Part shown: piece by piece, positions 1-8,490 of the stretch | How the letters are laid out: each line of letters opens with the position of its first letter | Position numbering within the stretch: position 1 is the first letter of the stretch | Assembly: GCA_965237905.1 (NCBI GenBank) | Contig: OZ250172.1 | Coordinates: forward strand, 1,664,001-1,728,000 | Direction of reading: 5' to 3' | Origin: Nitrospinaceae bacterium | GTDB taxonomy: Bacteria; Nitrospinota; Nitrospinia; Nitrospinales; Nitrospinaceae | Length of the DNA: 64,000 nt | Made by a program: the position numbers and the translations under genes | The notes under the pieces: generated by a model | Databases searched by the model: none | The model's input: the letters and a program-made list of their open reading frames with translations, nothing else | Told to the model about the DNA's origin: nothing

Positions 1-1357
1 CGCTGGCATCTTTCAAGGTGGAACCCACGTTGATTTCGATGGGCGACTGGGTGGACTCGATGGCAAAGGCATCCGGAGTCAACTCTTCTCCATCTTCCAG
101 AACGATGGCCCGCTCGAGGGCATTTTCCAATTGGCGGATATTGCCCGGCCAACCATAACCTTCAAGGTATGCGATCAACCCCTTTTGAACCTTTTTGGGT
201 TTCTCTCCGTCCGGGGTATGTTTCCTTACGAAAAAATTAACCAGATCGGGAATGTCTTCTTTGCGATCCCTGAGAGAGGGCAAATGAAGGTTGATGACAT
301 TGACGCGGTAAAACAAATCCTGCCGGAACGTGCCTTCGCTCACCATTTTGTCCAGATCCTGGTTGGTGGCGGAAATGATTCTGACGTCCACCTCGGTGGG
401 TGTGGTACCGCCCAGCCTTAAAAAAGATTCTTCCTGGATCACACGGAGCAACTTGACCTGCATATCGAGCGGCATCTCACCGATCTCGTCGAGAAACAGA
501 GTGCCGCCGTCGGCCGCTTCAAACAAGCCGATCTTCCGGCTGTCCGCTCCGGTAAATGCCCCCTTTTCATGACCGAACAGCTCGCGCTCCAGAATGGAAG
601 CGGGTAAGGCGCCGCAACTGATAGACACAAAGGGTTTGGTCTGGCGCAGACTGCGGTCGTGAATCAGATGGGCAAACAATTCCTTACCCGTGCCGCTTTC
701 TCCGGTAATCAGAATGGACGCCTTGGAATTGGATACCTTTTCCGCTTGGGTGATGCACTTGCGAATTTGCGGACTTTCCCCCACGATGGTATAGCGCTGA
801 CGGTACTTCTCCTGAAGCCGGTCAAATTCTTCTCCCAGTATCTCATTACTGCGGGTCACCTCGAAAAACATGGCCATGATCCTGGCAAAGCGGCTCAGGA
901 CTTCCATGTCGCTTTCGGAATAGATACTGCCATCCAGCTTGTCCAGGAACTGAACGACACCGATGACCATACCATTCAGAGTCAGGGGATGACAGGCGAT
1001 GGCTTTGACATCCATCTCGGCCATTTCGCTGACTTTGCTCAACCAGCGTTTGTCGTTTTGCACATCATTGGATACAATAGCCTCGCCGGTTTCGGCCACA
1101 ATACCTGCGAGACCAACCCCTTGGGGAATTTCCACCAGTTTCAACTGTCCGGTCTCTTCACCGGAAGCTTGGTAAAACTGCAGTTTGTTGGTTTTTTCAT
1201 CCAACATGAGCAACGAGGCATTGAGCGCCCCGACGGTAACCTGCGCGGTTTCCAGAACAATGTTCAATAACTCATCTACATTCTTGAAAGTGGTTTTGAA
1301 CAGAGACGAGATTTTTCGCAGGGTCAGAATGTTGGCATATTCATTGATTTGTTTCAT
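1..1357 (-). CDS. GAF-domain sigma54-dependent enhancer-binding protein (NifA/FhlA-like architecture), C-terminus beyond window edge
   Basis: Manual translation from ATG at 1357 (MKQINEYANIL...). N-terminal GAF-like region (GVGLAGIVAETGEAIVSNDV), Walker A TGESGTGKE, ELFGHEKGAFTGA, GTLFLDEIGEM, WPGNIRQLEN. Absent from the ORF track because it runs off the edge. Confidence 0.92.
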   Translation of the reverse strand, partial: MKQINEYANILTLRKISSLFKTTFKNVDELLNIVLETAQVTVGALNASLLMLDEKTNKLQFYQASGEETGQLKLVEIPQGVGLAGIVAETGEAIVSNDVQNDKRWLSKVSEMAEMDVKAIACHPLTLNGMVIGVVQFLDKLDGSIYSESDMEVLSRFARIMAMFFEVTRSNEILGEEFDRLQEKYRQRYTIVGESPQIRKCITQAEKVSNSKASILITGESGTGKELFAHLIHDRSLRQTKPFVSISCGALPASILERELFGHEKGAFTGADSRKIGLFEAADGGTLFLDEIGEMPLDMQVKLLRVIQEESFLRLGGTTPTEVDVRIISATNQDLDKMVSEGTFRQDLFYRVNVINLHLPSLRDRKEDIPDLVNFFVRKHTPDGEKPKKVQKGLIAYLEGYGWPGNIRQLENALERAIVLEDGEELTPDAFAIESTQSPIEINVGSTLKDAS

Positions 1358-1652
1358 AATTCGACGCGGACTGGACGGTGAAACCCTTAAAAGGTGAATA
1401 TTTGTTAAAAAAGAATACAGATCCGAAATTTATATCGATCTGTGGGCATCGCCTGAAATATTTATAAAATGGTGGTTTAGCTGTAAAAGGAGTACAAAGT
1501 TACGAGCAAACAGCTTCCTTGTTTATGAATTTTTTATATCATATTAACCATTGTAAACATTTTTTGATATTTTTGGGGCGAAATATCTAATATTTTTAAA
1601 TGTTTACACAACCTTATTTGGGGTATTTAAAACAGTCAATAAATCAAAGAGT

Positions 1653-3605
1653 ATGAAAACACCTCTGTTCAAAAATAATATTGTCACAGCCCTGATTTTG
1701 GTGGGGATAGGGTTTTTAGCCTATGCAGGAACTCTCCAATCGCCTTTTCTGGCTTCAGAAGTTCGAACGCTACTGGAAAATCCGATAATTAACGATTTCT
1801 CAAGGGTCAACGATATTGTCCGGATCGACCAGATTTTCAATGGCTCGCTTCCAAAATTATCCTTTTCCATTAACTATTGGATGGGGCACAGTACCCCCTG
1901 GGGTTATCACCTGGTGAACCTGTTGATTCACTTGGGGGTCAGTCTGGCCTTTTATTGGGTGGTCCGGGAGTGGTTGATCTTTTTTGATCAGAAGGACCCT
2001 CGCTATCTCAATTGGTTGCCCCTGGTCGCTTCCGGAATCCATCTACTCCACCCCCTGAACTCGCAAGCGGTCATTCTCATTTCCTCGCGCCCCATCCTTT
2101 TCGCAAGCCTGTTTTATCTGCTGACTTTTGGATTTTTGGCCCGTTTTCTAAGAGAATTTAGAGAGAACCCGAAAAAGGCCAAGGGCTCGATCGACCTTTT
2201 GATGGTTATGGCCTGTTTCGCGGTAGGGGGTACCAGTGACCCGACAATGGTCACTTTGCCGTTCATGGGATGGATATTTTCCCGATTCTATATGGCCTCT
2301 ACCCGGAAGATAGAAGGGGAGATATTTGCCATGGCGCTGATTCCCTGGATCATTTACCTGATTTACCAGCTCACAACCCCTGCTTCCGAACTGGTGGCCG
2401 GGTTTTCAGGTAAATCCGGTAATCTGGCTACTCTCTATTTTTTGACTCAGATGAAAGCTTTTATTTTTTATTACCTGCCCAAGGCCCTGTTTCCTATTCA
2501 TTTGAATCTGGATCCCGATTTCCGCATGGTGAGCGGGATAGGGGATTGGACATGGATGCTCTCTCTGGGCGCCATTGGGGCACTGTTCGCTTTGGTGCGG
2601 GTTACCCGGTCCAGTCTGGTGCAATGGGCTTTCCTCTGGGCCTTTTTAATTTTCATCAGTTTTTATGCATTAGGAATGGATGATCCGATAGTGTCTGAGC
2701 CCCGGTTTTACCTGCCGGGACTGGGAATCCATCTAATACTGGCAATAGGCCTGGTGGAATTGGGAATCCGCCACCCGATCGCCGGATGGTTGCGTGTGGG
2801 GGTGCCGGCACTTTTCATGATTCTCACGTTCAGCCGGGGTCAGGACTACCGGTCGGAGATATCCCTCTGGAAAGAAACCGCCCAAAGTTCACCCCACAAA
2901 CCACGGGTCCATTACGAACTGGGAAAGGCTTACCTGCAAGGTGGACTCACTGAACAAGCGGAACAGGAACTGATCACAACTCTGGAGCTCAATTCCAAAC
3001 ATATTCCGGCTTTGGTCAAGATGGGAGAGATTTATATTCAGCGAAAAGAATATGCGAAAGCATTGGAGTCCTACCAGGAATTGATCCGCCAGAATATCAA
3101 AGTCCCCGCGGTTCACTTTAATGCCGGTCTGGCCCTGTTGGAAATGGGACAGCCTAAAGATGCCATGCCGTATCTGGAAGAAGCGGTGGCCAAACAACCG
3201 GCTGTCGCCACCTGGCATTTGACCCTGGCCCAGGCTTATCGCAAATCACACCGGCCGCAGAAAGCTTTGAAACATTACCGCGCCAGTCTCCGGATCAACC
3301 CGGACCAGCCGGTGGCGCATAACGAAATGGGTTTGGTGTTCTGGGATTTGAATTCCTTTTTTTTCGCGGACACTGCTTTCCATAGAGCCTATCAATTGGA
3401 TAATCAATATGTAGACGCGTTGAACAATCTGGTCACCTCCAGCATATTGTTCAAACAATACGACCAGGCCATTGATTACATCAATCGCCTGCAGGAGATC
3501 AATCCGGATGACGATAACGCCCAACAATTACTGACGGCCGCCCAGCGATTCCAAAAACAACAGAAATCGCAACCTCCGCCGGCGAAGCTACAGGATTTCC
3601 ATTAA
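1653..3605 (+). CDS. TMTC-like multi-pass membrane protein (GT-C-like N-terminal half) with C-terminal TPR repeats
   Basis: About 10 hydrophobic segments, motifs YHLVNLLIH, HPLNSQAV, LFPIHLNLDPDF, then SLWKETAQSSPHKPRVHYELG and several TPR-like repeats. Confidence 0.8.
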   Translation: MKTPLFKNNIVTALILVGIGFLAYAGTLQSPFLASEVRTLLENPIINDFSRVNDIVRIDQIFNGSLPKLSFSINYWMGHSTPWGYHLVNLLIHLGVSLAFYWVVREWLIFFDQKDPRYLNWLPLVASGIHLLHPLNSQAVILISSRPILFASLFYLLTFGFLARFLREFRENPKKAKGSIDLLMVMACFAVGGTSDPTMVTLPFMGWIFSRFYMASTRKIEGEIFAMALIPWIIYLIYQLTTPASELVAGFSGKSGNLATLYFLTQMKAFIFYYLPKALFPIHLNLDPDFRMVSGIGDWTWMLSLGAIGALFALVRVTRSSLVQWAFLWAFLIFISFYALGMDDPIVSEPRFYLPGLGIHLILAIGLVELGIRHPIAGWLRVGVPALFMILTFSRGQDYRSEISLWKETAQSSPHKPRVHYELGKAYLQGGLTEQAEQELITTLELNSKHIPALVKMGEIYIQRKEYAKALESYQELIRQNIKVPAVHFNAGLALLEMGQPKDAMPYLEEAVAKQPAVATWHLTLAQAYRKSHRPQKALKHYRASLRINPDQPVAHNEMGLVFWDLNSFFFADTAFHRAYQLDNQYVDALNNLVTSSILFKQYDQAIDYINRLQEINPDDDNAQQLLTAAQRFQKQQKSQPPPAKLQDFH

Positions 3606-3669
3606 AAAACCATTCCGCGCCTTTCCCCGTTGTCCTTTTTAGCCGGGTATGATAACTTTTCCCGATCAT

Positions 3670-3756
3670 GCCGAAGTGGTGGAACTGGTAGACGCGCTGG
3701 ATTCAAAATCCAGTGGGGGCAACCTCGTGTCGGTTCGATTCCGACCTTCGGCACCA
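3670..3756 (+). tRNA. tRNA-Leu(CAA)
   Basis: Acceptor GCCGAAG/CTTCGGC, anticodon arm CTGGA-TTCAAAA-TCCAG, long variable arm, GTTCGA T-loop, encoded CCA. Confidence 0.97.
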
Positions 3757-3767
3757 TAGAATTTTCA

Positions 3768-3806
3768 GGGGAGTTGTGGCTTGAGCCGCGACTCCCCTTT
3801 TCTTTT
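3768..3806 (+). terminator. Rho-independent terminator after tRNA-Leu
   Basis: GGGGAGTTGTGGC-TTGA-GCCGCGACTCCCC hairpin followed by TTTTCTTTT. Confidence 0.85.
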
Positions 3807-3902
3807 GTAGCCGACTATCCAGTAACAGATTTTCCAATTTCGGATGCCTTGCACTTGCTACCCCCAATTCTTGCCAGAATGGCAAGGAAAATGAGAAAAA
3901 GC

Positions 3903-4220
3903 TTATCGAGAGGTTTGCACTTCCAGTTGAACCCCTTCTTTTTCCTGGAGAGTGTGGATAATGCCGAACAGATTTTTTGCTGTAGGGTTGCCGCTGGGGC
4001 TGAACATGCGCATCAGGCTTTTAGGAGATTTATGCGTTACGGCACCCAGCTTTTCAAAACCAATGGTGGCGTTGATATAGTCACGCAGAATAACTTTCCC
4101 CGTCTCGGCATCACCGGCCAGCATATTTTCGATGCTTTCTTTGAGCAGGCCTGCGCGAAACTCAGGATCACGCAGGGCGCGGGCCTGAATGGTTTCTTTA
4201 AAAGTACGTGTAATTGCCAT
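3903..4220 (-). CDS. HTH addiction-module antidote (antitoxin)-like protein, no adjacent toxin
   Basis: 105 aa, RDPEFRAGLLKE...LRDYINATIGFEKL...KSLMRMFSPSGNPTAKNLFGII, the pattern of Xre-type antidote proteins. Confidence 0.8.
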   Translation of the reverse strand: MAITRTFKETIQARALRDPEFRAGLLKESIENMLAGDAETGKVILRDYINATIGFEKLGAVTHKSPKSLMRMFSPSGNPTAKNLFGIIHTLQEKEGVQLEVQTSR

Positions 4221-4265
4221 GGCACTGTTGTCTTCACAAAGGCATCCTTTAATCTCATTTATAAT

Positions 4266-4283
4266 AGTAACATATAAGTTACT
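4266..4283. promoter_or_regulatory. Inverted-repeat operator upstream of the antitoxin-like gene
   Basis: AGTAAC-ATATAA-GTTACT with perfect 6-bp arms, 45 nt upstream of the start codon. Confidence 0.55.
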
Positions 4284-4411
4284 TTAATGCGAGTAAAAAA
4301 TTCCAGATGTCTGTAATATTTCAATTCTCCTTTACTTGGAAGACATCTTCTCCGTAGAATGGCGATCCACAGAAATCAAATCGGCAATTTGGAAGAATCG
4401 GGAAAACCCTC

Positions 4412-5305
4412 ATGGCAAAAATCAGGAAAACCCTCATAGCAAAAATTCGGAAGCTGGACAAACAGGAAATCGAATCCCAAAAAAACCAGCTGGAAAGAGC
4501 CGAGTTGAACAACGCGGATCTGGAAGGCATCGATCTGAGCCATGGAGTCCTCAAGGAGGCGCAATTTCAAAAATCCAATCTCAAAAAAGCGAACTTTGAA
4601 CAGGCTGGGTTGAATGGGGCAGATTTTACAGGCAGTTTTCTGGTGGGTGCCAATTTCAAATCGGCACGATTGATCCGCGCCGACTTCACGAAAACCAATC
4701 TGAGCGGGGCGGACTTGAGCGGAACGGATCTCAGCAGTTCCTGGTTCAACAAGGCGGTCGCCCTGAAAGCCGATTTCCACGACTCCAATCTCAACCGGGC
4801 CGAACTAAACCAGGCTCAGTTGAAAGGCTGCGATCTCCGGAATGTGAATCTCAACAAAAGCGATTTGCGGGGGGCGCATCTGATGGAGTCCGACCTGTCT
4901 GGTGCCCGTATTCCCAAATCCCATCTCAGCAAAGCCAACTTTGCCGGGGCAAAGCTCGAAAACACAGATCTCAGCGGGTGCAACCTGAGCGGGTGCGACT
5001 TCAGGGACTCAAATCTCAAGGGAGCCGATTTCTCTGATTCGATTCTGAACCGGGTGTATTTCAAGGGAGCAGATTTGACGGACGCCAATCTGAGCGGTGC
5101 CAACGTCCGGGGTTCCGACCTGGGAGAGACACGCCTCACCCAGACCAACCTGACGGGCGCAGACCTCTCGCTGGCCACTAATCTTTCCAGTGACAATTTA
5201 AAGACGGCGCTTATCGACCGGAAAACCAAACTGCCGGACAACCTCGAAGTGACCTGGACTTCGGAAACAGAATTTGAATGCACCGAATCCGCCGTGGAGG
5301 AGTAG
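4412..5305 (+). CDS. Pentapeptide repeat protein
   Basis: Continuous A(D/N)LxX pentapeptides (ADLEG, ANFEQ, ADFTG, ANLSG...) over most of 297 aa. Confidence 0.95.
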   Translation: MAKIRKTLIAKIRKLDKQEIESQKNQLERAELNNADLEGIDLSHGVLKEAQFQKSNLKKANFEQAGLNGADFTGSFLVGANFKSARLIRADFTKTNLSGADLSGTDLSSSWFNKAVALKADFHDSNLNRAELNQAQLKGCDLRNVNLNKSDLRGAHLMESDLSGARIPKSHLSKANFAGAKLENTDLSGCNLSGCDFRDSNLKGADFSDSILNRVYFKGADLTDANLSGANVRGSDLGETRLTQTNLTGADLSLATNLSSDNLKTALIDRKTKLPDNLEVTWTSETEFECTESAVEE

Positions 5306-5378
5306 ACGCATCGGACCTGGCCGAACCATCCCTTATTGAATGGCAATTTTACCCGAATAAACTATTTTGAAATTTTTG

Positions 5379-5406
5379 TTGTGAAATGGGAAATCATGGC
5401 TATAAT
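5379..5406 (+). promoter_or_regulatory. Putative sigma70 promoter of the DEAD-box helicase
   Basis: TTGTGA-16 nt-TATAAT. Confidence 0.45.
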
Positions 5407-5658
5407 GAACCATCACATTAGGTGGTTGAAGCCGTCTAGAGAATTACTGGTGTCGAACCAGGGAATAGTTTCCTTATTGGTTGAGAAAAGTCCGACCCTC
5501 CGCAAGGCCTAAGTCTGAATTTCTCCCCCGTTTTTTCTCCATATTGCCCAATTTCCTCTAAAGCATAAGAAATCAATCACACCATTCAAACCGAAGCTTG
5601 AGCTTTGTGCTCAGATGATCTGCATGATGCAGCATCATTATTTTACTATGGAGAAAAC

Positions 5659-7029
5659 ATGTTAACCCAATCATTACCCTTGTCCAATCCAGGAGGATTC
5701 GACACTCTCAACCTCATCAGTCCCCTCTGCCGCGCGGTCAGCGAAGAAAAGTACACTCTGCCCACGCCTATTCAGATGGAAGCGATTCCACATCTGTTGC
5801 AGGGACGCGACCTTCTTGGATGTGCACAAACAGGGACCGGTAAAACGGCGGCCTTTGCCTTGCCCATTTTGCAAGGCCTCGCAAAACATAAAGAGAAACC
5901 GAGGCCCAAGGAGGTCCGGGCTCTAATCCTGACACCCACCCGCGAACTGGCGTTGCAAATCGACGAGAGTTTCCAGGTTTACGGACGTTATATAAAATTC
6001 AATCAAGCGGTCGTTTTCGGCGGGGTGAGCGCTAAAAATCAAATCCGCGCGTTATCGCGTGGCGTCGATGTTCTCGTCGCAACACCCGGAAGATTGCTCG
6101 ACCTGTTCAATCAGGGCTGTCTTCGCATGGACAAGATCGACGTGTTTGTCCTCGACGAAGCCGATCAAATGCTCGACATGGGATTTTTGCCCGACGTCAA
6201 AAAAATCTTCACCGCGATTCCGGCAACCCGCCAGACCGTGTTGTTTTCCGCGACTATGCCCGATGAAATCGTTCGCCTCACCCATAAGTTTCTCAACGAC
6301 CCGATCAAAGTCAGCGTTTCCCCTCCATCCAGAACCGTGGATAAAGTGGATCAGCGCATCATGTTTGTGGATCGGGAAAACAAGAGCGCTTTACTTGAAT
6401 CGATTCTCGAAGACGAAAGCGTCTATCGGGTTCTCGTATTCACGCGCACCAAGCACGGCGCCAACCGCGTCGCTAAAACTTTGACTAAAAAACGAATTCG
6501 GACCGAAGCGATTCACGGAAACAAATCACAATCGGCGCGTATGCAGGCATTGAATAAATTCCGCTCCGGACACGTTCGGGTTCTCGTTGCGACAGACGTC
6601 GCCTCCCGCGGCCTCGACGTAGATGACATCACCCATGTCATCAATTACGAATTGCCCAAGGAAGCAGAAAGCTATGTTCATCGAATCGGTCGGACCGCAC
6701 GCGCCGGAGCTACAGGCATAGCGCTTTCATTTTGCGATGCCGAAGAACGCGGTTATTTGCGGATGATCGAAAGAACTATTAATCAGAGTGTGACTGTGGA
6801 TAAGGATCATGCCTATCACTCCGACGCGATTGCATCCAGGTCAAGCCATCGAAGTGGGGATAACGGAAACGGGGGGAGAAGAGGAGCAGGAGCCGGAAAT
6901 AGAAATTCCAATAGGTTTTCTGCAAAGCCCGGTAGCAGACGGTCCTCGCAAAGAACCAACCCATCGGCTCCAGGCGGTTACGCTAAAAAGACCAAGTCTT
7001 TTCACGCCAAGCCACGCTCGGCTCGATAG
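5659..7029 (+). CDS. rhlE: DEAD-box RNA helicase (RhlE-like)
   Basis: Q motif PTPIQ, AQTGTGKT, PTRELA, DEAD, SAT, HRIGRTAR, RG-rich tail. Start set at ATG 5659 behind GGAG. Confidence 0.9.
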   Translation: MLTQSLPLSNPGGFDTLNLISPLCRAVSEEKYTLPTPIQMEAIPHLLQGRDLLGCAQTGTGKTAAFALPILQGLAKHKEKPRPKEVRALILTPTRELALQIDESFQVYGRYIKFNQAVVFGGVSAKNQIRALSRGVDVLVATPGRLLDLFNQGCLRMDKIDVFVLDEADQMLDMGFLPDVKKIFTAIPATRQTVLFSATMPDEIVRLTHKFLNDPIKVSVSPPSRTVDKVDQRIMFVDRENKSALLESILEDESVYRVLVFTRTKHGANRVAKTLTKKRIRTEAIHGNKSQSARMQALNKFRSGHVRVLVATDVASRGLDVDDITHVINYELPKEAESYVHRIGRTARAGATGIALSFCDAEERGYLRMIERTINQSVTVDKDHAYHSDAIASRSSHRSGDNGNGGRRGAGAGNRNSNRFSAKPGSRRSSQRTNPSAPGGYAKKTKSFHAKPRSAR

Positions 7030-7077
7030 CCAGCCAGCGTGATGCTGGACCTGTGTTCTGAATTGCGCTTAAAAAAT

Positions 7078-7120
7078 AAACCCGGAAGATGATTACTCAT
7101 CTTCCGGGTTTTTTCTTTTT
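7078..7120. terminator. Bidirectional terminator between convergent helicase and amt
   Basis: AAACCCGGAAGATGA-TTAC-TCATCTTCCGGGTTT with an A-run on the left and a T-run on the right. Confidence 0.9.
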
Positions 7121-7136
7121 AGAAGGGGATTATGAA

Positions 7137-8369
7137 TCAGGAATATCTTGAGGTAACGTCTTCCGGATTCGACTCCACTTTGTGCACCGTGATGTCCGAG
7201 CCTTGCAGTTCATCGTCTTTTTCCAACCGGATGCCAAACAGGCTGTCCAGAGTTTTATAGACAATGAACCCGGCCACCAAAGCTACCGCCACCGCGGCCA
7301 GCGAGCCGATCAGCTGTGCCATAAAAGTGACGTCGCCTATCCCACCAAAGGACTTGAGCCCGAAAATGCCACAGGCAATGCCGCCCCAGGTTCCGCAAAT
7401 TCCATGCAGGGGCCAGACACCGAGCACGTCGTCGATCTTCAGTTTCTCCTGCTCCCAGGTAAACCCGTAAACGAAAATGACTCCCGCAATGCCGCCGATA
7501 AAAAAAGCGCCGATGGGATGTACTTGGTCCGACCCGGCGCAGATAGCCACCAGTCCCGCCAATGCACCGTTGTGGATAAAACCGGGATCGTTTTTGGAAA
7601 CGACCAGGGCAAACAGAATGCCACCGACCATGGCGAACAGGGAATTCATCGCCACCAGTCCGGAGATGCCCTTGATGGTAGCGGCGGACATGACATTAAA
7701 TCCGAACCAGCCGATGCACAACATCCATGCGCCCAACGCGAGAAAAGGGATATTGCTGACCGGGATGGGCCGGCTTCTGCCCTGCGAATCCCAGCGGCCT
7801 ATACGAGGCCCTAAAACAATAACGCCGACCAGTGCCAGCCATCCGCCCATGGAGTGAACGACGACTGACCCGGCAAAATCGTGGAAGGGAGCTCCGGCAA
7901 ACTTTTCCAACCAGGAACCTCCCTGACCCAGAAAAGTGATTTGCCCCCAGACCATGCCTTCAAAAAAAGAATACACCACGCCTACGAAAATTGCGGCGGC
8001 CACCGCCTGCGTCCAGAACTTGGCGCGCTCCGCGATACCGCCAGAGATGATCGCGGGAACCGCCGCGGCAAAGGTCAGCAGAAAAAAGAAATGCACCAGC
8101 TCATAGCCCTGTTTGTCAGCGACCAGGGTGTCGGCCGATTGATAAAAGTAAATTCCGTAAGCAATGGCATAGCCGATGGTGAAATAGATAACCGTGCTGA
8201 TCGCAAAGTCGACAATGATTTTCACCAAAGCGTTGACTTGATTTTTTTTGCGTACCGTGCCCACCTCAAGGAAGGCAAAACCGCCATGCATGGCAAATAC
8301 CATGGCCGCCCCCAACATCATGAATAGCACGTCTCCACTTTGCTCGAGAGCAAGGACATCATTTTCCAT
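7137..8369 (-). CDS. amt: Ammonium transporter (Amt family)
   Basis: GFAFLEVGTVRKKN, IISGGIAER, DFAGSVVVH, WFGFN, NGALAGLVAI, DDVLGVWPLHG (twin His present). Confidence 0.96.
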   Translation of the reverse strand: MENDVLALEQSGDVLFMMLGAAMVFAMHGGFAFLEVGTVRKKNQVNALVKIIVDFAISTVIYFTIGYAIAYGIYFYQSADTLVADKQGYELVHFFFLLTFAAAVPAIISGGIAERAKFWTQAVAAAIFVGVVYSFFEGMVWGQITFLGQGGSWLEKFAGAPFHDFAGSVVVHSMGGWLALVGVIVLGPRIGRWDSQGRSRPIPVSNIPFLALGAWMLCIGWFGFNVMSAATIKGISGLVAMNSLFAMVGGILFALVVSKNDPGFIHNGALAGLVAICAGSDQVHPIGAFFIGGIAGVIFVYGFTWEQEKLKIDDVLGVWPLHGICGTWGGIACGIFGLKSFGGIGDVTFMAQLIGSLAAVAVALVAGFIVYKTLDSLFGIRLEKDDELQGSDITVHKVESNPEDVTSRYS

Positions 8370-8490
8370 AAGTTCCCCCTTTTTCTACTCGTCCTGAAAC
8401 CTGCCAAGAGTATAATGAATGTGCTCGAAGTATCGGCCGCCCTTGCATGCAAAGGTCCGAATTCACTTCCCCACCCGAGGCTCTGTTGAA

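Noticed and set aside
131..1270. Plus-strand ORFs 131-421 and 659-1270
   Set aside because: Antisense shadows of the minus-strand sigma54 activator
1..1357. Calling the activator nifA
   Set aside because: The GAF plus AAA+ architecture is shared by many activators, and there are no nif genes in the window
3630..4277. 215-aa plus-strand ORF
   Set aside because: Runs through tRNA-Leu and its terminator and is antisense to the antitoxin gene
4412..5305. Qnr-type quinolone resistance protein
   Set aside because: Only generic pentapeptide repeats are visible; no Qnr-specific features can be supported
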